From NCBI GenBank assembly GCA_008690995.1, contig VRMN01000012.1, positions 124,001-188,000 of the forward strand: a stretch of 64,000 nt of DNA. Direction: 5' to 3'. The DNA is from Porphyridium purpureum (lineage: Eukaryota). The notes below the pieces were generated by a model, which had not been told where the DNA came from, ran no database searches, and worked only from the letters and a program-made list of their open reading frames with translations. Of this stretch, positions 1 through 11,087 are shown in pieces. The stretch's first letter is position 1. The number at the start of each line of letters is the position of its first letter. The position numbers and the translations under genes are program-made.

Positions 1-1
1 C

Positions 2-505
2 GGTGAACTGGGCGTCGAGGGTGAGGATTACATCCGGCTGTATGAGATGGGCATGCTGCGAACGTTCGCAGACCTTGCCTCCACTCTGAGCTGCGAAGTG
101 TCAACTCCAACGCCAACGCCAACTCCAACGTCAACATCAATGCCAACTCCAACACCGGAATACTGTTGCTCGCCAGATGACGAAGGCGCAGTCTGCAAGA
201 CGGCGTCGGACATGCCAGAAGAAAGTTCGGACAACTCGGACAGCGACTATGAGACCATGAGAATGATTACGAGCATGCGCAGCCACAGCAAGCACAGCCG
301 CGGCCGCGGTCGTGGCCATTACTGCCGTTGCAGCTCATCCTCCGACTCGGAGGAAGAGGTGCCGTGCTGCCCATGCACATGCCCGAAACCGCCGCCAAAG
401 CCTCCTGTGTGTGGAAATGATGGAAGCGACAGTAGCAGTACAAGCAGCGAGAGCAGCAGTGGAAGCGAGTCGGAATCTAACGACAGAAGGGCGAAGAGGA
501 AGTAG
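2..505 (+). CDS. 3' part of secreted Pro/Thr-stalk Cys-motif protein, array copy 1 (5' truncated by window edge)
   Basis: Frame open from base 2 ([27 protein letters not shown]...). Nearly identical to 10560-10940 of copy 4. Contains the TP repeat and the [11 protein letters not shown] and [17 protein letters not shown] motifs. Confidence 0.9.
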   Translation, partial: GELGVEGEDYIRLYEMGMLRTFADLASTLSCEVSTPTPTPTPTSTSMPTPTPEYCCSPDDEGAVCKTASDMPEESSDNSDSDYETMRMITSMRSHSKHSRGRGRGHYCRCSSSSDSEEEVPCCPCTCPKPPPKPPVCGNDGSDSSSTSSESSSGSESESNDRRAKRK

Positions 506-993
506 GCAAGAGAACCCGGACAGCAACTCAAAACAAAATTTACCTGCACAAGAGAAATGCATGGTTGTGTGATTGAAGAATAAATTAAAACAAATTCGAT
601 GTGCCCCTGCAGAGGCTTGCATTCCCGGATACTGGAGTGCATTTCTGGAGTGAAGCTTTCCGAGTCGTTACCTTATTCTCCTTCAACGTTCCCGCCTAGA
701 CACGTACTGCGTCGGATGAGAGCATTCTGAAAGCAGAGGCAGGGCGCTTTTTGCACATTAGTTTCACGTGCAGAATTCCTTCGCGAGACATTCATTGGAC
801 AGAGCACGACACAAAAGACATCGCGCCGTCCACGCACGAAGTGTGAGACTGTAGAGGCTCATATGAGATGGCCGCCGCCATACTAAAGCAGCCAAGCATG
901 TTGCGCGTTCGGCGCAAGAACACACATCACCCCACCAACCCGCTTCAGGCGCAACGACAAAACGTGTAGTAAACGATGCATTCTTGTTGTAAA

Positions 994-1324
994 CTGTGAA
1001 GGAATGATCGGGGAGTTGTCTAGACTTCGTCTCTACCTGACGACACGTTTACTCGTAATCTCCTATTCCTCTTCCTTGCGTCTTCTCTGGTGAGGAAGCT
1101 AACCAGGCGACGACCGTCGGGTGGGGTTGCTTTTATACACGCCGCCAGCCTGGCGTGCACTTCTGCAGCGCAGGGCGACGAGGTGGGTCTTGCCACCCAG
1201 CCACAGGCCCTGCACGACCCGACCGTTGCGAGGATGGCTCCGAAACCACCATATGCGCGCGCATGGGCCCGCGCGGCACTCGACCGTTAGGTCGCCACTT
1301 CGAAACGGTCCGACTGTTTTACAG
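994..1324 (-). mobile_element. 331-bp insertion with target-site duplication, probable solo LTR or MITE
   Basis: Absent from the paralogous spacers (ATAAACGATTTCC near 4820, ATAAACTATTTCC near 11590). Flanked by GTAAA at 989-993 and 1325-1329. Ends are CTGTGAA...TTTACAG (imperfect inverted). TATAAAA on the minus strand near 1131-1137. Confidence 0.75.
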
Positions 1325-2375
1325 GTAAACGATTTCCGCCGTGAAGCAGCGTGATTTGTGAATGGCCTGGCTGTACACACACTGTACTTCCACAGAACCC
1401 CCACCAACGCCGCCCCGCGCTGCTCGGTCGTCCAGCGCGCCGCGCCGTTCCAGCACGATGGGCGTGGTGGCCGCGTAGGCCGACGGCCCTGCTTCTTCGG
1501 ACCCAAACTGCCTGGTCCTTCATCCGTGACCCCGCCGCATTCCACACGCGTGCCTGTGCGCCGCGCGGGGACCCCCCTTGGCGCTGGCGCTGGCTCCACC
1601 ACACGCACCAAACCTCTGCGGCAAACCGCTGCGGCGCGCTCGATCCGCTGACCCCGCGCGAGCTGTACCCCCACCGCTGTCCGCATTACACCTCCAATTC
1701 AAAGGTCTTCGACTGTACCTTATGCTTTGGTGGGGTGGTGCTGACACTGTACCGCAGACGGTGCTTTTGCGAGTTGGGTGCCGCGTGTGCGAGTGTGTGG
1801 AACTAACGCGCCAGGTGGTCGCACGTGCGAAGCGCCGCGGTGCGACGCTAATTTTACTAACGCTTCTGGGCATGTGCTCCCTGCGTGGCGTGTCTCCATT
1901 GAAAAGGAAGGACGGTCGAATTCAGACGCAACGTTGCTGCACGTGAACGCCGCTCAGAATGGACGGTGGACGAGCGGCTACAGGGCACGCAAAGTATCCG
2001 CGCGCTGTTCCACACAGAGGGAGGATTGCCGACCGCAGAGAAGGGCATCGCAGAGTGGTTTCCAGGCGCATCAGAAAGTGCGGCGCGAATGTGTGGCACT
2101 TGGGTCGGTGGCCGGTTTGAAACGTAGCTGGAGGCCAGCGCGACGGGACACGCAGAGAAATGTCGCGCTTTTCGATGAGATAATCCACCGGATTCTGCCA
2201 CTGCGCAGAGATGTTGGCAACTCGGGAGACGCGTAAGGCCGGTGTTCCTGCGGCTCGTGGCATGAGCCGAGGAATGTCCTATCTTCAGATTCGACGCTGT
2301 GGAACGTAGCACCGACGTCATACCATTGAGCGCGCGTGCGAGTGTAATGGTCCTGTTTCTGCTACTTTGCGCGCC

Positions 2376-2383
2376 TATATAAA
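2376..2383 (+). promoter_or_regulatory. TATA box of array copy 2
   Basis: TATATAAA about 230 bp upstream of ATG 2605. TATA-like boxes sit at equivalent positions before copies 3, 4 and 5. Confidence 0.6.
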
Positions 2384-2604
2384 CGCGCGTACACGCAGCT
2401 TCATTTACTTTGAATCCGAGCAGCGTCGTGGGATGGTGGAAAGGTATTTGAGGGAAGACGAGCAGACAAGAAGTTACGGCGAAAAGTTTGGATCGTAACA
2501 ATCGTACCATCGTCTCAAGGAGGATAGGGAGGTAAGGTGACGGGGCGGAAGACGCTAATCTAGGATACTAGCAGCAGAGGCCCGTGCAGCATTTACACAA
2601 CACC

Positions 2605-4329
2605 ATGGGCACTCGCAAGCATGGTCTGTTGGCCTTGGGCCTGCTGCTCCTTTGCGCCCTCGTTGTTCTCGTCCGAGGCACCCAGGCGCAGGCAAGTGCA
2701 GGTATTGTTTACGGCATTGAGCGTGACACCGTGGAGAAGAACGTTTTCGCCATTGACTTTTCCGCCGGCTTGGGGTTTGAGCCCACCATCACGCTGGTCG
2801 CAAACATGACAAAGGCCGCGGCCGAGGATCCAAATTTTCCTCAGCAGTGTATTGGATACGTGAATGGGGTGACGCGCACCGGGCCCCTGTTCGAGTTTTC
2901 ACCGAACGGACTAGGGTATGACGGTGACTCCCGTCTGTACTTCGCCGTGTTTGACCGATATGGCATGACGGCGTCACGTCTGTGTTTCTACTCGTTCGAG
3001 ACGGACTCGTTCGGTTTTGCTGCTACACTTGGCGAGACTGTGACAGGTGCCGCCTTTGACCCGTACACCTACCAGTACGTGTGGATCGACGAAGGCGCTC
3101 CGCAATCCGAGGGTAGCATTCTGATGCTCCAGTTCGCGCGGCTGGACAGGACCACGGGCCAGATTGTGGAGCGAGTGACCAACACCATGTTCCGCGATGT
3201 GACGACGGACCCGGACGCGCCAGCTGCCGAGGTGCCGTTCACTTACCGTGGCGGAGATATGGCAATAGACGCCAACGGCGTATTGTACGTCAGCAGCGTC
3301 GGAACGGGTGGCGGCTTCAAACACTTCTTTTCCATCGACTTGGGCTATGTTGACGGGAACATCACCACAACTCCCGCGATGCCGTACGCGTACCGACTCA
3401 TCCACGCAGATTCAATGGACTCAGGTCAGCTAAGTACTTTGACTGGGTTTGCAACTGCAGATCAGCTGGCATTTGACGCGGAGGGAAGATTGATCAGCCA
3501 AGACAGCGAGCGAGGCATTTTTAGTGTCGTGGACACGGAGACCGGTGCGAACGGTGAGCTGGGCGTTGAGGGTGTCGACTTCGTCAGGCTCTTCCAGGCG
3601 GGCGTGTTGCGAACGTTTGCCGATCTTGCCTCATCTCTGGTCTTTGAAGCGCCGACACCGACGCCATCGCCATCGCCGACGCCGACGCCAGTGCCAACGG
3701 AATCACCCACGCCGACCCCATCGCCCTCGCCGACGCCGACGCCAGTGCCAACGGAATCGCCGACGCCGACGCCAGTGCCAACGGAATCACCCACGCCAGT
3801 GCCAACGGAATCACCCACGCCGTCGCCGTCGCCAGTGCCGACGGAATCGCCGACGCCGACGCCAATGCCGACGGAATCGCCGACGCCGACGCCAATGCCG
3901 ACGGAATCGCCGACGGAATCGCCGACGGAATCGCCGACGCCGACGCCAGTGCCAACGGCATCGCCAATGCCAACACCTGCGCCAGAGTTTTGCTGCTCAC
4001 CAGATGACGAAGGGGCAGTCTGCAATATGGCTACGAACATGCCCAAGAGGATGGTGGACAGTGACCGCAAGAGCAAGGAAATGTTTATGACCACACGCAG
4101 GCATAGTGATCACGCCGGAGGCCGCAGCCACAGCTTCAGCTGCGACTGCCAGTGTCGTTTAGACACCGACTCGGAGGAAGAGGAGCCTTGCTGCCCATGC
4201 ACGTGCCCGAAGCCACCGCCAAAGCCTCCTGTGTGTGGAAATGATGGAAGCGATAGTAACGACGATAACAGCGACTGCAGCAGCGGAAGTGAGTTGGAAT
4301 CTAACGACAGGTTGGGGGAGATGAACTAG
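2605..4329 (+). CDS. Secreted protein, array copy 2 (signal peptide, predicted beta-propeller-like domain, PTESP stalk, Cys motifs)
   Basis: ORF 2584..4329; ATG 2605 (MGTRKHG) aligns with paralogs. Hydrophobic leader [16 protein letters not shown]. Repeated blade-like motifs [26 protein letters not shown]. Confidence 0.9.
   Translation: MGTRKHGLLALGLLLLCALVVLVRGTQAQASAGIVYGIERDTVEKNVFAIDFSAGLGFEPTITLVANMTKAAAEDPNFPQQCIGYVNGVTRTGPLFEFSPNGLGYDGDSRLYFAVFDRYGMTASRLCFYSFETDSFGFAATLGETVTGAAFDPYTYQYVWIDEGAPQSEGSILMLQFARLDRTTGQIVERVTNTMFRDVTTDPDAPAAEVPFTYRGGDMAIDANGVLYVSSVGTGGGFKHFFSIDLGYVDGNITTTPAMPYAYRLIHADSMDSGQLSTLTGFATADQLAFDAEGRLISQDSERGIFSVVDTETGANGELGVEGVDFVRLFQAGVLRTFADLASSLVFEAPTPTPSPSPTPTPVPTESPTPTPSPSPTPTPVPTESPTPTPVPTESPTPVPTESPTPSPSPVPTESPTPTPMPTESPTPTPMPTESPTESPTESPTPTPVPTASPMPTPAPEFCCSPDDEGAVCNMATNMPKRMVDSDRKSKEMFMTTRRHSDHAGGRSHSFSCDCQCRLDTDSEEEEPCCPCTCPKPPPKPPVCGNDGSDSNDDNSDCSSGSELESNDRLGEMN
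3652..3980 (+). repeat. Coding minisatellite encoding (PT/PS)n-PVPTES stalk
   Basis: Recurrent CCAGTGCCAACGGAATC / CCGACGCCGACG units. Confidence 0.9.
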
Positions 4330-5930
4330 ATAAGAGTATTCAGGCGACAAGGCCGAATATATTTTACCTGCAGAAGAAAAATGCATGGTTGTGTGATTGA
4401 GGAGTAAGTAAAAATTTCCGTGTGCCCTTGCAGAAACTTGCACACTCTGAGACTGGAGTGCATTTCTGGAATGAAGCTTTACGCACCGTCACCTTATCCT
4501 CTTTCAACGTTCTCGCCCGGATACGTACTGTATCCGGTGAGAGCGTTCCAAATTAAAGGCAGGGCGCTTTCACACATTGGTCTCACGCACAGGATTCCTT
4601 CGCGAGACGTTCATTGAATAGGGCACGACAGAAAAGACTTCACACCATCCACGCACGAAGTGCGTAACTAGAGAGTCTCATCTGAGATAGGCGCGGCCAG
4701 ACTAAAGCAGCCAAGCATGTTGCGCGCTCGGCGCAAAGACACACACCTTCATCCCACCCACTCGCATCGCGCCTGTTTCGTGCGCAACCACAAAACACAT
4801 CGTAAAAGATGCATTCCTACTATAAACGATTTCCGCACTCAAGCAGCGTGATTTGTACATGGGCCTAACGGTTGTTGAACTGTACTTTCACCGAACTCCC
4901 CCCTTGTTCTGCTGGTTCGTCGAAACGCGCCGCGTCCTTCCAGCACCATGGCCGCGGTGGCCGCTTTCCCGCTTTGCGCGCACGCACGCTCGCGCGGTGC
5001 TTTGCCCAACCCAAAAAGCACCGGTCTCGCTAATCAGTGGCACCACCGCCCCCGTTTCCTGCATACGAGCCCGCGCGCCGCGCGTAACCCTGGCGCTCCA
5101 GCTCCTCCTCCGCCACGCGCCCCGCTGTGGCTGCGGCGCGCGCTCAATCCACTGTCCAGCTGTACCCTACTTGACTAGCACTACTGTACACATGCCTTTT
5201 CCCAGTGACTTCCATTGTGACTTCCACTGTACCTTATGCTTGGTGTGTGGTGCTGACACTGTACTGCAAGCAGGGTCGTGGTTTTGGCGAGTTGGGCGGT
5301 GCGGCGTGCGCGTGTGCAGTGGGAAGCAGCGCGCCACGTGGTGGAGCGCGCGGCGACCGCGCGCGCGCCTCGCAGATGTGAGGTGCGCCGCGGCGCGACG
5401 CAAAGTTCGCTCACGCTTCTCGGGTGTGTACTCCCCGCGTCGCGTGTCTCCCGAAAAGGAAGGAATGGAGGGAATGATGGTCGAATTCAAACGTAAAATC
5501 TCAACTCTTGAACGAAGCCCGGAATGCACGCCCGAAAAACGGATGCAGGGGGAATGGGGAAATACGTGCGCCTGACCACACAGGAGGGTTAGAGACAGCA
5601 GAGAAGAGCCGTTTTCCGACGCATCAGAAACTGCGACGCGGGTGCGCGGCACACTTGGGTCAGCGGTCGGTTTGAAGGGTTGCTCGGAATGAGCGCGCCG
5701 GGACACGCTGAGAAATGTCGCGCTTTGCGATGAGCTGATCCAACGGATCATGGCGCGGCGCAGACTTTCTAGTAACGCGGGAACGGCTGAAAGCCGGCGT
5801 TCCTGCGGCTTGTGGCGTGAATCGAAGGCTGTCCTATCTCCAGATGCGACGCTGTGGAGCGTGCCGCCGGCTTTACACTATCGAGTGCGGGTGCGAGTGC
5901 ACTGCTCCTGTATTTGCTACATCGTGCGCC

Positions 5931-5937
5931 TATTTAA
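5931..5937 (+). promoter_or_regulatory. TATA-like box of array copy 3
   Basis: GCGCC-TATTTAA in the same context as GCGCC-TATATAA before copy 2, 230 bp upstream of ATG 6161. Confidence 0.55.
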
Positions 5938-6160
5938 GGGCGCACAGACCCATGGTCGTCGTCGCAAGCCAAAGGTAAGCTGCAAATCGAGGAGAAGGAG
6001 GACTGCGGTCAGAAGGGGAGATAGGGAGTTGGGGCCGCAAGTCAGAGGGCGAAACAGCTGCGCGGCTGCCTGAAGGAGAAAAGGAAAGTAGGGGCGAAAG
6101 GTGGGTTGCGCGAGAATAGGAATCCAGCAGCAGAGGCTCGGTTAGGATTGACACAGTACC

Positions 6161-7939
6161 ATGGACACTCGCAAGCACGGTGTGCTGGCTTCGGGCCTAC
6201 TGCTACTTTGCGTCCTCCATGTCCTCGTTCGAGGCGCCCAGGCCCAGGCAAGTGCAGGTATAGTCTACGGCATTGAGCGCGACACCGTGGAGAAGAACGT
6301 TTTCGCCATTGACTTCTCCGCCGGCTTGGGCATTGAGCCCAGCATCACGCTGGTCGCGAACATGACAAAGGCCGCGGCGGAGGATCCGGATTTCCCGCAG
6401 CAATGCATCGGATACGTGAACGGGGTGACGCGCACGGGGGCTCTGTATGAATTCTCACCAAACGGACTGGCGTACGACGGCGACTCCCGGCTGTACTTCG
6501 CTGCGTTTGACCGATTTGGCATGACGGCATCACGACTGTGTTTCTACTCGTTCGAGACGGACTCGTTCGGGTTAGCCGCCAGCCTTGGTGAAACTGTGAC
6601 GGCTGCCGCGTTTGACCCGAACACATACCAGTACGTGTGGATCGACCAGGGCGCCCTGCAATCTGAGGGCGGTATTCTGGTCCTCCAGTTCGCGCGGCTG
6701 GACAGGACGACGGGCCAGATTATGGAGCGAGTGACTAACACTCTGTTCCGCGATGTGACGACGGACCCGAATGCCCCAGCTGCCGAGTTGCCGTTCACTT
6801 ATCGTGGCGGCGATTTGGCTATTGACGCCACTGGTATGTTGTACGGCAGCAGCGTCGGAACGGGCGGAGGCTTCAAGTACTTCTTCTCCATCGACTTGGA
6901 CTATGCTGCCGGAGACCTCGGCGCAATTCCCGGAACGGCGTACGCGTACCGACTCATCCACGCAGATCCAGCGGACTCGACGCAGGTGAGCACTCTGACC
7001 GGGTTTGCAACGGCAGATCAGCTGGCATTTGATGCGGATGGGAGACTGATCAGCCAAGACAGCGAGCGAGGCATCTTTAGTGTCGTGGACACGGAGACCG
7101 GTGCGAACGGTGAGCTGGGCGTCGAGGGTGTGGATTTCGTCAGGCTGTTCCAGGCGGGCGTGCTGCGCACTTTTTCGGACCTTGCCTCGGCTTTGGTCTT
7201 TGAAGCGCCGACACCAACGCCGTCGCCATCTCCGTCGCCATCACCATCGCCGTCACCATCGCCATCACCATCGCCGTCGCCATCGCCGTCGCCATCGCCG
7301 TCACCGTCGCCGTCGCCATCGCCGTCACCGTCACCGTCACCGTCACCGTCACCGTCACCGTCACCGTCACCGTCACCGTCACCGTCACCGTCACCGTCAC
7401 CGTCACCGTCACCGTCGCCATCGCCATCGCCGTCGCCGTCGCCGTCGCCGACGCCGACGCCGACGCCGACGCCAGTGCCGACGCCAGTGCCAGAGTTCTG
7501 CTGCTCCGCAGACGACGAAGGTGCTGTGTGCGACGTTGCTACGCAGGCGCCGAAAAAGAGTTCGGACAGTGACGATGAGAGCTCGGACAGTGACGATGGG
7601 AGCTCGGACAGTGATGGTGGGAGCCATAGAATGCTAACGAGCGTTCGCCACGGCCGCGGTCGAGGTCGTGGCTTTGGTCACGGTCGCGGTGGTCGTTCAA
7701 GCTCAGGCTCCGAGTCTGACGCAGAGTCGACAGAAGGACCATGCTGCCCGTGCACGTGCTCGAAGCCGCCGCCAAAGGCTCCTGTGTGTGGAAATGTAGG
7801 AAGCGACAGCAGCGACGGAAGCGACAGCAGCGACGAAAGCGACAGTAGCGACGGCAGCCGCAAGAAGGGCAAGACGGGCAAGAGTGGCAAGAGTGGTAGC
7901 GACTCGGAGTCTAACGGTAGTGGCTCGGAGAGTCACTAG
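6161..7939 (+). CDS. Secreted protein, array copy 3 ((SP)38 stalk)
   Basis: 592-aa ORF with the same architecture. Closest to copy 2 in the N-terminal domain. Confidence 0.9.
   Translation: MDTRKHGVLASGLLLLCVLHVLVRGAQAQASAGIVYGIERDTVEKNVFAIDFSAGLGIEPSITLVANMTKAAAEDPDFPQQCIGYVNGVTRTGALYEFSPNGLAYDGDSRLYFAAFDRFGMTASRLCFYSFETDSFGLAASLGETVTAAAFDPNTYQYVWIDQGALQSEGGILVLQFARLDRTTGQIMERVTNTLFRDVTTDPNAPAAELPFTYRGGDLAIDATGMLYGSSVGTGGGFKYFFSIDLDYAAGDLGAIPGTAYAYRLIHADPADSTQVSTLTGFATADQLAFDADGRLISQDSERGIFSVVDTETGANGELGVEGVDFVRLFQAGVLRTFSDLASALVFEAPTPTPSPSPSPSPSPSPSPSPSPSPSPSPSPSPSPSPSPSPSPSPSPSPSPSPSPSPSPSPSPSPSPSPSPSPSPSPSPSPTPTPTPTPVPTPVPEFCCSADDEGAVCDVATQAPKKSSDSDDESSDSDDGSSDSDGGSHRMLTSVRHGRGRGRGFGHGRGGRSSSGSESDAESTEGPCCPCTCSKPPPKAPVCGNVGSDSSDGSDSSDESDSSDGSRKKGKTGKSGKSGSDSESNGSGSESH
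7223..7450 (+). repeat. (Ser-Pro)38 coding hexamer repeat
   Basis: 228 nt of TCNCCN hexamers with a homogeneous TCACCG block at about 7331-7414. Confidence 0.95.
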
Positions 7940-9361
7940 ATGGATCAGTTAAACGCCACGCTTTCGAAAATGAACCTGCAACAGGTGAAAAAACTGGAAA
8001 CGTGAATGAGAGGTAAAGAAATAGGTATTCCGTTGGAGAAATCACATTCTTTGGGCCCGGAGCGCTCTCTAGACTGAATGGAACCGCGTGTCAAAGTCGG
8101 CTTCTTTTCAATATAGTATGCGTGCAACTATTGTACATGCTGTCGCCTGTCCTCATCTATGCTGTCGTTGAAGGTAGACTCTTTCCGAATTGTGGCCTCC
8201 CTTCCTATTTCGATTTGTCTGCCAGAGCAGCCGCGCCATCTGATGAGTGGGTGCAGAGACAACCCAAAAAAGAGAGCAGATCACTTTTGCACAATCATGC
8301 CACACACTGCGCTTCCTCGGCGAGACGTCGACCAGGGCCGCGCATCATGATTACGCGCCCGTCACGCCAGAAATACATGGCACGAGTCCAGTTGGGCGTG
8401 TGCACCGTTTAGAAGCAGCTGACCAAGTTGCGCATTTGGCGAAAGGACTCTACTCATTCATGCCGCTCGCAGCTTGCGGCACGCACGCAGACGCATCCGG
8501 CATGGTCCTTCTGCTTGCTCAGGGCCAACGCCGCTTGAGAAACTCAACCGCCGCTTCCCTCAGCCACATTCATATCAAAGTGGCGTTATTTGTATAGGAA
8601 AGACGTACAGTCCCGGCACGTGCTCCACGTGCCGCGGGTGCGTGGCACATCGCGGAATCGCGAGGTCGCGAGCGCGCTTGTTGGCGAGCGCGCGTGCGTG
8701 AGTCGCAGCGCGTGGAACGTCAACAGCACAACACCAGCACGGCGGTGCCGACGATGGAATGAACCGCACGCACACGTACGAGCACCAGGAGAAAGGAGAA
8801 ATGACAGAGCGCCACATTCCCGTGGCGCGCTTGTGCGGCGACGTGTCTGTGTGAGCCGCATCGGTCACCAAAAAGGCAGACGGAGGCATGTGCAAACGAG
8901 CACGCGGCAAAAAAAATCCAGAAACGGAAATATCTTTGTGCTTACTCCTTGCGACACGTGGAACTGCGTGAATTGAGCACATTCCAGGGACGCCGGAAGC
9001 GCCACGACGGGCGCCGCTCGGTGCCTGTGCGTTTTGTGTAAGGCATGCGCTGTTGTTGTGGATTGCGTGGCGCGCTTGGGAGAAAAGGGGTCATTGGTGT
9101 GAACACGCTGCAGTCAGAGGACACTCAGAGCAGTGGAATGTGTAGAACTCCGGCGGATACTTGGGCTGGTCGCGTGGTAGTAGGCGAACGGCGCGAGACT
9201 TGTTGGCAACGTGGGAATGGTTGACTGGCGATCTTCCAGGCAAATGCGATGAATTTAGCCCACGCATCTATCCGCAGTTTGTACTGTGGAACGTTCCAAG
9301 ATCATGAGTGTCGTGGCACACGTTGCAATCATCTGGAGCCTGTTTCGCGCCGCGCATCGGG

Positions 9362-9368
9362 TATATAA
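9362..9368 (+). promoter_or_regulatory. TATA box of array copy 4
   Basis: GGG-TATATAA about 240 bp upstream of ATG 9606. Confidence 0.6.
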
Positions 9369-9446
9369 TGGGGACCGCGCGCGTGGATTAGTACAAAAAG
9401 TCGAAGAGTGCGGAACAGAGAGCAGAGTCGACAAGGAGCAGAAGCA

Positions 9447-9509
9447 GAAGAAGAAGAAGAAGAAGAAGAAGAAGAAGAAGAAGAAGAAGAAGAAGAAGAA
9501 GAAGAAGAA
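9447..9509 (+). repeat. (GAA)21 microsatellite in probable 5' UTR of copy 4
   Basis: Perfect GAA run between the TATA box and the ATG. Confidence 0.95.
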
Positions 9510-9605
9510 TTCGGGCACACACAGGAAAGGACAGACTCTGTGGTTCAGGGATTGAAGCAGCAAGCGAAGCAAAAGTGGAGGCTCCGGAAGCATTTAGTCG
9601 ACAGA

Positions 9606-11087
9606 ATGGACAATGGCAAGCGTCGTGCAATGGCTTCGTGCTTGCTCCTCCTTTGTGTACTGCATGCCCTCGTCCGAAGCACGCAGGCTCTGTCGAATGT
9701 AGGTATTGTTTATGCCATTGAGCGCGACAACATGCAAAAGAATATATTTGCGCTGGACTTTTCTGTCGGCGTAGGCATGGAGCAGAGTACCACGCTGGTC
9801 GCAAACATGACACAGGCCGCGGCTGAGGATCCAGATGGGTTCCCGATGGATTGCTTTGGATACGAAAATGGAGTGACGCGCACAGGGCCGTTGTACGAAT
9901 TTTCACCGAATGGACTGGCGTACGATGGCGACTCGCGCCTGTATTTCGTCGCATTCGACCAATATGGAATGACGACATCACGCCTGTGCTTCTACTCGAT
10001 TGCAACCGATACGTTCGAGTTTGCTGCCAACCTTGGCGAGCCTGTGGTGGGTGCCGCGTTTGACTCAAAGACGTATCAATATGTGTGGATTGATCAAGGC
10101 GAGCAGCAAAACATGGGCGGCATTATGGTCCTGCAGTTCGCGCGGCTGGACAGAACGACGGGCCAGATCATGGAGCGGGAGACTACTACCATGTTCCGCA
10201 ACGTGACAACGAACCCGAATGCGCCGGCCGCCGAATTGCCGTTCACATTCCGCGGCGGCGATATGGCAATTGACTGCAACGGCATGCTGTATGGCAGCAG
10301 CGTCGGGACGGGGGGTGGCTTCAAATATTTCTTTACCATCGACTTGAACTATGATGCGGGAGATCTTGGCGAAACTCCTGAAATTGTGTACGCGTACCGA
10401 CTCATCCATGCAGACGTACCTGACGACCCCAGTCAGGTGAGCACATTGACCGGGTTTGCAACTGCAGATCAGCTGGCATTTGACATGGACGGGAGATTGA
10501 TCAGCCAAGACAGCGAGCAAGGCGTCTTCAGTGTCGTAGATATTGCGACCGGTGCGAACGGTGAACTGGGCGTCGAGGGTGAGGATTACATCCGGCTGTA
10601 TGAGATGGGCATGCTGCGAACGTTCGCAGACCTTGCCTCCTCTCTGAGCTGCGAAGTGCCAACTCCAACGCCAACGCCAACTCCAACGTCAACATCAATG
10701 CCAACTCCAACACCGGAATACTGTTGCTCGCCAGATGACGAAGGCGCAGTCTGCAAGACGGCGTCGGACATGCCAGAAGAAAGTTCGGACAACTCGGACA
10801 GCGACTATGAGACCATGAGAATGATTACGAGCATGCGCAGCCAAAGCAAGCACAGCCGCGGCCGCGGCCGTGGCCATTACTGCCGTTGCAGCTCATCCTC
10901 CGACTCGGACGAAGAGGTGCCATGCTGCCCATGCACATGCCCGACACCGCCACCGACTGCTCCAGTATGTGGAAATGTAGGAAGCGACGGTAGCGCCAAA
11001 GGCAGCGGCAAGCGCGGCGGCAAGCGCAACGACAACCGCAGTGGAAGCAAGTCGAAATCTGGCGGGAGAGTGGTGAAGAGGAAGTAG
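9606..11087 (+). CDS. Secreted protein, array copy 4 (short TP stalk)
   Basis: ATG 9606 (MDNGKRRAMASCLLLLCVL) aligns with paralog starts. Same domain order. Confidence 0.9.
   Translation: MDNGKRRAMASCLLLLCVLHALVRSTQALSNVGIVYAIERDNMQKNIFALDFSVGVGMEQSTTLVANMTQAAAEDPDGFPMDCFGYENGVTRTGPLYEFSPNGLAYDGDSRLYFVAFDQYGMTTSRLCFYSIATDTFEFAANLGEPVVGAAFDSKTYQYVWIDQGEQQNMGGIMVLQFARLDRTTGQIMERETTTMFRNVTTNPNAPAAELPFTFRGGDMAIDCNGMLYGSSVGTGGGFKYFFTIDLNYDAGDLGETPEIVYAYRLIHADVPDDPSQVSTLTGFATADQLAFDMDGRLISQDSEQGVFSVVDIATGANGELGVEGEDYIRLYEMGMLRTFADLASSLSCEVPTPTPTPTPTSTSMPTPTPEYCCSPDDEGAVCKTASDMPEESSDNSDSDYETMRMITSMRSQSKHSRGRGRGHYCRCSSSSDSDEEVPCCPCTCPTPPPTAPVCGNVGSDGSAKGSGKRGGKRNDNRSGSKSKSGGRVVKRK

Noticed and set aside
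2532..2577. Possible 5' UTR intron (GTAAGG...CTAAT...CAG) in copy 2
   Set aside because: Signals are not clearly conserved at the same position in paralogs; cannot be supported without transcripts.
3462..4094. Antisense and alternate-frame ORFs over the stalk repeats (VGVGD, poly-R/H, poly-VT)
   Set aside because: Shadows of the Pro-rich coding repeats.
9408..9605. Poly-Glu N-terminal extension of copy 4
   Set aside because: Non-ATG start. It is the GAA microsatellite in the leader, and paralogs start at the 9606-equivalent ATG with a signal peptide.
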